A stretch of 13,704 nt of DNA from Andalucia godoyi And28 (lineage: Eukaryota > Protista > Jakobida). Numbering within the stretch: the first letter of the stretch is position 1; the number at the start of each line of letters is the position of its first letter. The notes beneath the pieces are model-generated. The model worked only from the letters and a program-made list of their open reading frames with translations. It ran no database searches and was not told the origin of the DNA. A program made the translations under genes and the position numbers. The DNA is taken from NCBI GenBank assembly GCA_009859145.1, contig VRVR01000016.1, positions 376,259 to 389,962 of the forward strand, written 5' to 3'. Positions 1 through 7,907 of this stretch are shown piece after piece.

Positions 1-28
1 AGAGAGAGAGAGAGAGTGTGTGTGTGTG
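1..28. repeat. Compound microsatellite (AG)8(TG)6, possibly truncated by the window start
   Basis: Directly visible: agagagagagagagag followed by tgtgtgtgtgtg. Confidence 0.95.
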
Positions 29-987
29 TTTGCGTTTGGCAAAAGACGTTAAAGCTGGCAAGCAACACGTTTCTGTCATTCCCTCTTTTTTTTCTTCAAC
101 AGCGAGCAATAAGGGTTCCGAGAAGTCCGGCAGTGCAGGTTCCGCGTGCTCTCTCTTTTCGTCGCAGATTGTTCGAATGCACATCATTTTGTCATTAATT
201 TGTGGGAATGGGAATCGCTTCATACAAAGAGGACAAGATAATGAGCCCGACGCGTCACAACAGGCGTATGCATTTCGGATCGTTTACAAAAACACATGGA
301 ACGGCCAAATGTGCATAGGCGAGTCGACTTTCCAAGTGCCTGCTCTGTGAACGGCTGTGGGACTCACTATGATGACCTTGTCCATTTGAACTCCATGATT
401 GTTCAGTTCACTTTGCTGTTCGGAAGCGCGTTCGTGTTCGCAACAACTCGCAAATGGATACTCATGCTCGAGCCGCCCATCATGTGTTAATATGTTCGTC
501 GGATATGTTTTCTGCATCTGGCGTTTACATCTTCAACGTATGAATATCGTGGATGCTTCCGATGAAGTACAGAGAATGCTGGCAGGTCATGATCCAGAGA
601 TCTGCTTGTGGTCAAACAGAATGTTTACATAGTTTGCTTCTGAACACTGATAAATCCTTCTGAACCGAATGATGAGATTCAGAGATTACTCACGCAATTC
701 GAGCAGTTGAATCGCGATAAGGAATCTGCTGTGTCCGCTCTAGCGGGAGAGAGAGATGTTGCGACCCAAGTCGATTTTCATGCGAACTCGTGCTTTGAAT
801 ATGTTGGAAGCTTTGTACTCCTTTTTATCGGTGTAGGTTCTCAATGACAAGTATTCTGCTCCTCGCGCTGTCGCAGAAGTCCCAGCATGTCGGAATGTCG
901 AAGGAAGGGCGAGATGCAGCGTGTGCGCAGTCGTTGAGCAAGGAGGATATGTGCAGCACTCATCATTCTCATGGTGGCCACCTTCGG

Positions 988-1536
988 TCACCCATTCGCG
1001 CACGAGTCGCCGTCGTGGCACAGCGCGGTGCACCGACGGTTGTTCTTGATGCATGGACAGTGTGAGTTGGAGCATTTCTTTTTCGCTCTCCTACAGTTAC
1101 AGAAGCGCGGTCCGTCGTTTGACAATATTGGCTCGATACCCGTTGAATGCTTCATCCCAGCTTCGGAGACGGATATCGTTTCCACTGTCTCTTGGCTTTG
1201 GTATTTTTGGAACATGGCTCGGAGTTGCGCATCTTGGTTTGTTCCTTTGGGAGCAAGTGCCACGAGAGCAGAAGACTTCATCGCAGGCTCAACTAGCTTT
1301 CCTTCAAAGAGGACCTTGTACGAATCCATTGGCTTTCCTGTTCTTCGGTTGCGCATCCGCTCTGCGACAACTCCAGGCTGTCTCACTGTCTTCGAAAGCA
1401 GATCATGATCGCGACACAGTACTGTGGATGAGCTTGGTGCACAGCGCGCAGTCATGTTGAGTAGGTGTCGGATCGAAAGCAAGAAGAAATTGCAGAGGAC
1501 CACTTGTTGACTTCTTTTCGCAAGCATCGCATTCAA
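988..1536 (-). pseudogene. Fragment ending in a CXC/CRC-like Cys-rich domain, resembling the C-terminal tail of KRBA2/SCAND3-like (Ginger-type) DDE integrases
   Basis: The C-terminus CNCRRAKKKCSNSHCPCIKNNRRCTALCHDGDSCANG is preceded by 'PGVVAE...YKVLFEGKL...ISVSEAG...STG'. From memory this matches the order of motifs in those integrase tails (GVIVE..YRI..G.L..ISLREA..S.GG..CNC..C....C.C......C...CH....C.N). I could not find a DDE core upstream, and the true start or exon structure is unclear. Confidence 0.45.
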
Positions 1537-3180
1537 AGATGAATGTGATGTTGACAGTAGAAAACCCGGGATCTCCCTAGCCCTGGTCTATCACCGCCGC
1601 CATCGAGGATTGCAGCAAACACGTCATAGATATCCAAATTCTGTCTACGCAATCTCTGAAAGGACATCAGGACAGGAACAGAAGTAAAAAGAAAACGGCA
1701 AGTGCAAAACACCACAACAGCAAACGGGTCCGCAGGACGATTGTCTGGATGTGGAGATGACCGTTTCATTGCGCAAGTGCTTCTAGCTGCACAGTTTCTC
1801 GATATGGGTAGAGCAGGAGCGGAATTAGTGCTGCTGGACATCAGCGAGTTCGTTTGGTGCAATCGGTGAGCTGTACTCTTCAATGTAACATGTGCTGTCA
1901 CCCTCAGTTTTTTGTCTCATTGTTGCACGTTGGACCGGTGAGCGCGCGACAGGCGTCGTGATGGGGCTGTCTGTCGTCCGCTGGCAGTGGCGCAATCACG
2001 GTTCTTCAAGAACAAGGCGTGAAACGGCGATATCACAGAAGAAAACAAGAGTGCAGAACTCCGTTGAGCAGCTCCTTGTCGATGCAGGCGCATGCCGATG
2101 CACCAAATACATGAACAGCACAGAGAAAAACAGAAATGAATGATGCTTTTATGACCTAATTAATCAAAAAACACAACTCTGCAGGGAGGCAGCCAAAAGC
2201 GACGATTTTTGAGATACAAAGAAATCTTGTTGTGGACGATTCATATATTCGAAATCTCATCTTGGTATTGAGTTGGAACAGAGATAGAACAGAAATGCGC
2301 AGCAATACGAAATCGAGTTTGCATGTCGACTTCAGTCGGCTCAAATGTTGCCTCTGCGCATTAGGGTACAGTCATTTCTCTTTCCAGCCGCACATGCGAA
2401 CAGCAGCGGATGCAGCCTGGTATCGTGGGAAGACAGAAACAGTGCAACAGATGATGACGTCTCTGAACGCTTAGACAGAGAACCATCAAGTGCAGAGTTC
2501 GATCAAAACAAGATCAAGCGGACAGCGGACAGAGCAACGCAGTTCTGGAGCCAGACAATGCAGAAAAAAAGATAATTGAGTGGTATACGTTTGAAGATTG
2601 AGAGACGAGCTCGATCAAAGAGTGCTACTTCGAGTTCAAATGCACAACAGAGTGAAAAATGACACATGCATGAAGACAACAAGTGTTTCTCGTTCAGAAG
2701 ATGCAGCCAAGACTCTGGGACTTGCAGTGACATACACAGAGTCGAACTAAGAATCTCTCAAGTGGTCCCAAGCAATAAGGACTTGCATACTCGACAACAC
2801 TCTATCATCATCAAAGAGAAGAAGAACAATCAAGTGCCGATGTTTGGTGAGAAAGAGAATTCTCAATATGCCACAACTTCAAGCCGTATTAGAAGAAAAC
2901 CATGTTGGAAACCAATAGCTGTGCTTCGCATCACATTGATTTTAATGAAAATGATGAAAATAGCCAATAAATAATGAGAAATACAAAGGACGCAATGGGT
3001 CGAAAACCCGATTTTCACGTCGGTGTGCCGGTCTGGCCCTTCCAACTTCCGAGATACTGAGCTATTTCGTAAGTTTCTTGCTCCATGGCGTAGCGTGGAA
3101 TCTGGCATCGGCGATTATTTAAAATTACATGTTGGGAAGGAAAGATAAAAGAGCAGTTGCGAAAACGGCATAAACACGCT

Positions 3181-3311
3181 GCCAAGGGGTAAACCCGCAG
3201 AGCGGCGCGTTTCGGAAGCATTGCAGGTGCATTCGAAACTGCAAATGCGCCCCTCTGTGGCTTGGGTGGATGCAGTTGGCACGGTATCCCACCGCGCCTG
3301 TAGTGCTTTTT
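3181..3311 (+). ncRNA. Candidate structured RNA or palindromic remnant of unknown identity
   Basis: An 18-bp stem pairs 3195-3212 with 3243-3260 (1 mismatch, 2 G-U). Helix CCAAG 3182-3186 pairs with CTTGG 3261-3265, and a T7 run follows at 3305-3311. No known RNA family was recognised. Confidence 0.2.
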
Positions 3312-3440
3312 TCTTTCTTTTTCAATTTCTTAGGGTGGCTCTCCAGGAGTGTTGATAAAAGTCGTACTGGAGAGGGGGAAAAGCTTGTCTTTCTTTTATG
3401 CTATGTTTCCATTTCTCTGTTGAAGTGTTTTCTTCTTTGA

Positions 3441-5600
3441 ATGTGGGACTCATTTCAAACCGAGAATCGTCGCACACGTTCTTTGTGGCGAGATTCTGAT
3501 GCGTCCGTGAAAGATGCTTTTGTTTTCAGATGCATTCGTTTCTGCGCAGACTGCTGTTGTCCGCCCTGGCTTCGCTCCGAGTCCGCAACAATACTGATCG
3601 TTCTGACGATTGTTGGGGTGCTATCGAGCATCCAGGCGTTTACGATACAGATATGCGGAAAGGGCTTTGCCACATCTCGGAATCTTGCGGCACAGTCCGT
3701 GTCGACTGCATGGGCGCCCGTTGTCCAGACGTGCGTTGCGGTGGTGTATGTTGTTGTCTGTCTTTTTCTCGTTCGGCAGTTTGCGAAGCCCGCAGCTGGA
3801 TCTGGCCTATCGGAAATGCGCGCGGTTCTGAATGGGATTCGGCTGCCAGGGTTTCTGCACGCCTCGACGCTGGTAGTCAAGGCAGTGGGCTGCTCGCTCG
3901 CAACAGGAGGTGCAGGACTGTTTGTGGGGTTTCTGGGCCCCTTTGTGCATGTTTGTGTGATTCTGTGTTCCAATGTGCTGAGCATTTGTCCATGGTTTTG
4001 GAAGCTGCCTCGCTCAGAGAAACTGAGAAAGGAATTGCTCACCGCGGCCTGTGCATCAGGAGTGAGCTCGGTCTACAATTGTCCTTTGGGGGGAGTCGTC
4101 TTCTCCATTGAATCCACTTCCAATTTCTTTCTCATTTCCAACCTTTGGAAATCTCTTTATGCCAGTACTATCGGCATGGTCTTGTCGTATTTTTTGCGAA
4201 TTCAGTTTCCAGGAGTGCTTCCAGAAATCAGGAGTGATTTCGATGAGAACTCATATCGTACAGAAGAGCTGTGGTGCTTTTGCGTCGTTGGGTTGATTTG
4301 TGGTATGGTTAGTATTGCAGTGATCAAATTGTACGTTCTGACTTTCAAGTTCTTTGCTCGTTTTGGAAACTCCATTTACATTTTGGTCGTGATTACCACC
4401 ATATTCAGTTCGTTCGTGTGGTTCATTTTCCCATTAACTCGATACAGGGACATTAGTTCAGTTGTCAATAAGCTTTTAAGCCCTCAAGATCCCGACATGG
4501 GGGAGTTTGATGTCCTCCCCGGTCTGTTGCTCTTGTCATTTATGCTGCTCATCATTCAATCGTTGTGCATGGCGTGCCCGGTTCCTTCTGGACTATTCCT
4601 TCCCGAACTCTGTTTGGGCGCTGTTATCGGAAGATGCGTGGGACATGTTGTCCAGGATTTCATTTATGCACAGGCCAATCCTGCCGCATATGCAGCAATC
4701 TGTGGAACAGCACTGATTATTGGGGTAACGTCATCCTTGAGTACGAGCATCATCATTTGTGAAGCAATGGGTGACATTAATCTGTCTGCACCCATGCTGA
4801 TCGCTGGTATCATTGCTCGAGGCCTTCGTACGTTGTTCACGGAGAGTTTCTACGATTGCCAGGTTGGCCTGAAGCACATTCCGACCATTGATCCGAACAA
4901 TGCCTCAGATGTGGTACTGGCGAAAGATCTCATGATTCCATTCGAAAGCATGACCAAACTGACGCTAGAGTCGACTCTCGGCGAATTGTGGGACATTTTG
5001 TCAGACGAAGGGCGTATTTTGTACTCATATCCTGTAATTTCGTCACCAGAAGATCGCGTTCTATGCGGAGTGGCAAAACGATATGATTTGTTGCAGTCTG
5101 CGACTGCAGGACGGTGTTGTGCAACGGCCGATGACCTGAAAAATGACCAGGGCGCTCCAGGGTTGCCGGACCAGTGGAGGGGACAGCGGGTTCGATTTAG
5201 AGGTTTGGAAAGCGGAGACGCAGCCCTCGAGGTCTTCCCAGACGAGCCCCGCAATGCTTCGCTGTCTGCCTCGGAAGAATCTGAAAAAGGAAGCCCGCCA
5301 CCGTCTCCATCTGTCGACGGCCCTATTTCGGACACGCACAGCTCCGATAGTGTATTTATTGAATATTCGATATTGGACAATCCGAGTTCCGAGGTGTCTC
5401 CTCCCGCTGTCTGGATCTCCGATCCACCAGTTTTGCTATCGGCCAGAGCGTCAAGTGAAATTGTATGGGAAATCTTTTCAATGGCGGATGTAGATCATGC
5501 GTATGTTACGGATTTCGGACGACTCTGTGGAATTATCACGCGTCGTTCACTCCTTACTCAAGGCTTCAAGATTAGACAATCCTTATCTGGGCTGGGGTAG
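3441..5600 (+). CDS. CLC-family chloride channel/transporter with two C-terminal CBS domains (719 aa, intronless)
   Basis: CLC signature motifs occur in the correct order: GSGLSE (3798-3815), GFLGP (3927-3941), 'YNCPLGGVVFSIE', GLFLP (4590-4604) and the central Tyr in SFYD (4851-4853). There are multiple hydrophobic helices, CBS1 (LAKDLM...YPVI...LCGV...DLL) and CBS2 (AYVTDFGRLCGIITRRSLL). Confidence 0.95.
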   Translation: MWDSFQTENRRTRSLWRDSDASVKDAFVFRCIRFCADCCCPPWLRSESATILIVLTIVGVLSSIQAFTIQICGKGFATSRNLAAQSVSTAWAPVVQTCVAVVYVVVCLFLVRQFAKPAAGSGLSEMRAVLNGIRLPGFLHASTLVVKAVGCSLATGGAGLFVGFLGPFVHVCVILCSNVLSICPWFWKLPRSEKLRKELLTAACASGVSSVYNCPLGGVVFSIESTSNFFLISNLWKSLYASTIGMVLSYFLRIQFPGVLPEIRSDFDENSYRTEELWCFCVVGLICGMVSIAVIKLYVLTFKFFARFGNSIYILVVITTIFSSFVWFIFPLTRYRDISSVVNKLLSPQDPDMGEFDVLPGLLLLSFMLLIIQSLCMACPVPSGLFLPELCLGAVIGRCVGHVVQDFIYAQANPAAYAAICGTALIIGVTSSLSTSIIICEAMGDINLSAPMLIAGIIARGLRTLFTESFYDCQVGLKHIPTIDPNNASDVVLAKDLMIPFESMTKLTLESTLGELWDILSDEGRILYSYPVISSPEDRVLCGVAKRYDLLQSATAGRCCATADDLKNDQGAPGLPDQWRGQRVRFRGLESGDAALEVFPDEPRNASLSASEESEKGSPPPSPSVDGPISDTHSSDSVFIEYSILDNPSSEVSPPAVWISDPPVLLSARASSEIVWEIFSMADVDHAYVTDFGRLCGIITRRSLLTQGFKIRQSLSGLG

Positions 5601-6074
5601 AATCAGTGTCTCAACGGAGCGACGGAAAGCAGGCTTTCGGAACCTAGTCAATGCGCAGGGTGGAATTGAATGCAATTCGATATAGTATGGCAGATCTGCA
5701 GGTGTCCTGTTTGATGGTGTTGTTTCATCAAAGCAGTGTAGTCGCTCCACGGTTTGCACACGTGCGGGGATGTCTTTCGTGAAGCTACTTGGATCTGCGA
5801 AACGGTTTGCACAAACATGCTCCAGATACGTTAGTTTACAGGTCAAATCAGTGCTGCATGAGAAGTTCAGTTCCCGAATAATTTTCATGCTCCGAGAAAA
5901 TATCGAAATGAACATCTGTCGTCGGGGTGTCTCTAGAGCAGACGGGAGCGCAAACGCAGGCGACCAAAAACTGACTGCATCCCGAAGCCTTCCAAGAAAA
6001 TAGTTTGCGCTAGTGTGTAACTGCCTTCTTTCTTCAGAGCCCACTTCTTTTGCTGATAGAGTTCTGACTCTTGT

Positions 6075-6752
6075 TTGGTCTTTCATGGTTGGAGTTCTGC
6101 AAATGTTTGTTTTGTTCTGTCTCGCCACCAAGAATCATTTTACACAAGCTTAGTCGGAGATCAGATTTGGTGTTCATCTCCGGAGCGAGACTTCCTTGGT
6201 ACTCTACACCTTCTTCAGAATCAATGCATTTCCGCTCATAGCGAGGGAATCAACAAATCGATTGAACAGCTCGAAAAATGGAATTCAGTAGCATTCATGC
6301 ATGACACATCGATAATTATTTCTTCATAAGCCATAACCCAGCGATTGCACAGTCTTCTCAAATCTTCCTCGTTCGACCAAAAGCCTGCCAAACGGTGGAT
6401 GAATTCTCAGTTCATCGCTTCTGTGAACGAGTATTACGAGACGCATTTCGTGTTTCCAGAAGTTGCTTGATGTCTTGGAGAACGTTCTTCAGCATTTTAT
6501 CGAGGGAAAATGAAGTTTATGTGCGACAATTATGTTTGGACGGGTGTCATCGAGTATTGGACTATCAAGCATTTTGCAGTTTCTTTTTATTTCGCCTTGG
6601 TTCAGCGATCCGGTACCGACGACGAAGCGAAGAAAGATGAATTCACGAAGAAAATGGAAGAAGAAATGCGCAATACCGATAGCATCTTGGGACCGTTGCG
6701 CCAATTTCGTTCCAACATTATCGAGGAAGTGGATCTCATGATGCAGTCCATC
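6075..6752 (+). pseudogene. Degenerate reading frame of unknown product, cut off by the element A LTR
   Basis: Track ORFs 6075..6329 and 6510..6794 share one frame, with only two stops (TAA 6327-6329, TGA 6468-6470) in 226 codons. The frame runs straight into the LTR TG at 6753. No homology was recognised. Confidence 0.3.
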
Positions 6753-6792
6753 TGTGACGGAGGTCCTTATATAGGTGTGGGAACTGGAAGCT

Positions 6793-6819
6793 AGCGACTC
6801 AAGCGACTCAAGCGACTCA
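6793..6819 (+). repeat. Tandem 9-mer (AGCGACTCA)x3 in the presumed U3 of LTR A
   Basis: Directly visible: three exact copies at 6793, 6802 and 6811. Confidence 0.9.
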
Positions 6820-6918
6820 AGGAAACTCGACCGGAGTTATGATCGGCGTGACACGTGGCATCGGCATTATAGTCGGCGTGATACGTCAGACTTGAAGCAG
6901 CACGGATTGCCGTTGGAG

Positions 6919-6926
6919 TATTTAAG
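6919..6926 (+). promoter_or_regulatory. TATA-like box in LTR A
   Basis: TATTTAAG lies mid-LTR, downstream of the repeated enhancer-like motifs and upstream of a T-rich R/U5-like tract. Confidence 0.4.
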
Positions 6927-7072
6927 GCAGTGGGTCTGCTGATCTGCGATCATTCTTTCTTTCTTACTTTTGTCTGTTTGTCGACTTCTGTATTGATCTC
7001 TTCAGTTACTTCCTATCCTTATTCCTTTTATTCGATAAAGCCCAAGTCCTCGAAGTCTCTTCTCGTCACATT

Positions 7073-7090
7073 TGGCGACACGAACAGGAT
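7073..7090 (+). promoter_or_regulatory. tRNA primer-binding site of element A (G73-type tRNA, most like tRNA-Ser)
   Basis: TGGCGACACGAACAGGAT is complementary to AUCCUGUUCGUGUCG-CCA, which has the layout of a tRNA T-arm 3' strand, acceptor strand, G discriminator and CCA. The isoacceptor assignment is an inference. Confidence 0.85.
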
Positions 7091-7097
7091 CTCAACA

Positions 7098-7728
7098 ATG
7101 TCAGCGAAGAAAGTGCAGATTGATGAAGGAGCGCTTGCCGAGGAGCTTGAGCAGAAGTTTTCCAACGTCGGAAGAGTCGACGCGTTTTCTGGAACGATGT
7201 CCGAGGATGTGACTTTGTGGGTCAATCGTTTTGAGATGCTTTCAAAGGTCAACAACTGGTCGACGCAGAAGCGACTCGCTCACTTGTGTGTTTCTCTCAA
7301 GGGGACTGCGGAGTTATGGTTGTACTCGCAGTCAGATGTCATTCGAGGTGACTATGAGAAGCTGCGTGACTCTTTGGTCCGGTCTTTTTCTCCTGTTGTG
7401 GGCAACTCGATGTTCCTTCGCCGGAAGCTGATGAACGTCACCCAGGGTGCTGGACAGACGGTGGATGCGTATGCGTTCGAGGTTCGCAACATGTGCTCCC
7501 GTATCAATTCTCACATGGCGGACGAGGAGGTGGTGACGTACTTTGTGAACGGTCTGCATCCTGTGATCCAGGAGTATGTGCTGCTGCAAGGGTCGACGTC
7601 CTTTGAGCAGTGTCTGGAAGCAGCACGGCGCAAGGAGTATCTCTTGATGACCAGTGGCGTAGGTCTGATGCGGTCCACCTCGGTGAATGCGGTAACGTCC
7701 GGTCCGTCGGATGTCGAAAAGCGCTTTG
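7098..7728 (+). CDS. gag: Retrotransposon gag (capsid) of element A, truncated after 210 aa
   Basis: Motifs 'FSG...EDVTLWVNRFE...NNW...LKGTAELWL...Y..L...L...F...Q...V.AY...F.NGL' are typical of Ty3/Gypsy gag. The ATG at 7098 lies 7 nt after the PBS. The track's start at 6930 is inside the LTR, and the stop at 7731-7733 comes from the inserted LTR of B. Confidence 0.85.
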
Positions 7729-7897
7729 TGTGATAACACCTATGAAATAAACACTTACCTAATTTTTTATTACAAATAAACATACACAAAGGCACACACA
7801 CACACGTGCATAAAGAGCGAACCAACCCAGAGGCCAGGGTTAGGGTTCGGCTATCTGCCGCTACATGCGAGCAGATAGCGTCTCACCCAGCATCACA
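7729..7897 (-). repeat. 3' LTR of element B (169 bp)
   Basis: Base-by-base identical to 11839-12007, with TG...CA termini. Confidence 0.97.
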
Positions 7898-7907
7898 GTC
7901 CCCCACT
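7898..7907 (-). promoter_or_regulatory. Short polypurine tract of element B
   Basis: The minus strand reads TAG-TGGGGGAC|TGTGATG, so a GGGGGA run lies between the pol stop codon and the 3' LTR. Confidence 0.65.

Larger units (their letters stand above)
6753..7070 (+). repeat. 5' LTR of element A (318 bp)
   Basis: Starts TGTGACG (6753) and ends CGTCACA (7070), a perfect 7-bp terminal inverted repeat, and lies 2 nt before the PBS. The second LTR is not in the window, so the boundary rests on the TIR and the PBS position. Confidence 0.8.
6753..7728 (+). mobile_element. Ty3/Gypsy LTR retrotransposon, element A, 5' portion (LTR + PBS + truncated gag)
   Basis: The LTR has terminal inverted repeats and is followed by a TGG-type PBS and a retrotransposon gag ORF. 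It is interrupted at 7728/7729 by element B. Confidence 0.85.

Noticed and set aside
265-335. Peptide 'IVYKNTWNGQMCIGES' resembling a GIY-YIG endonuclease motif
   Set aside because: The spacing is short (8 aa), the YIG Tyr is absent and no downstream Arg/Glu catalytic motif follows, so it is likely chance.
555-694. Two similar peptides on the + strand (SDEVQRML and NDEIQRLL)
   Set aside because: Too short, in short stop-bounded frames, with no third copy. This does not support a repeat protein.
3455-5493. Many alternative-frame and antisense ORFs inside the CLC gene, and likewise inside pol B and pol C
   Set aside because: They are shadow ORFs of real coding sequence with no motifs of their own.
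5749-5813. 12-bp direct repeat ACGGTTTGCACA
   Set aside because: Only two copies, with no associated structure or TSD-like context.
5583-6131. 182-aa minus-strand ORF overlapping the CLC stop
   Set aside because: No recognisable domain or clear ATG context, so I cannot distinguish it from a chance ORF.
2345-6752. Idea that in-frame stops in the degenerate frames reflect a non-standard genetic code
   Set aside because: The three long intact ORFs (719 aa, 1301 aa, 565 codons) contain no internal TAA, TAG or TGA, and the interrupted frames use a mix of TAA and TGA, which fits ordinary decay.
6930-7005. Intron-like stretch GTGGGT...TTGATCTCTTCAG in LTR A
   Set aside because: The donor is weak and lies only a few nt after the TATA-like box, probably upstream of the transcription start. 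The T-richness is normal for R/U5.
6930-7097. N-terminal extension of the 267-aa track ORF
   Set aside because: It starts at a GTG inside LTR A and runs through the PBS. The gag-like sequence begins at ATG 7098.
7511-7825. Paired minus-strand ORFs 7511..7825 and 11618..11935 with identical N-termini
   Set aside because: The shared part is simply LTR B sequence, and the remainders are antisense gag A or an off-frame reading of gag B with no recognisable motif.
7836-7847. Telomere-like AGGGTTAGGGTT inside element B's LTRs (also 11946-11957)
   Set aside because: Only two units, and they form the 3' arm of hairpin 2, pairing with CGAACC-AACCC, so there is no need to invoke telomere targeting.
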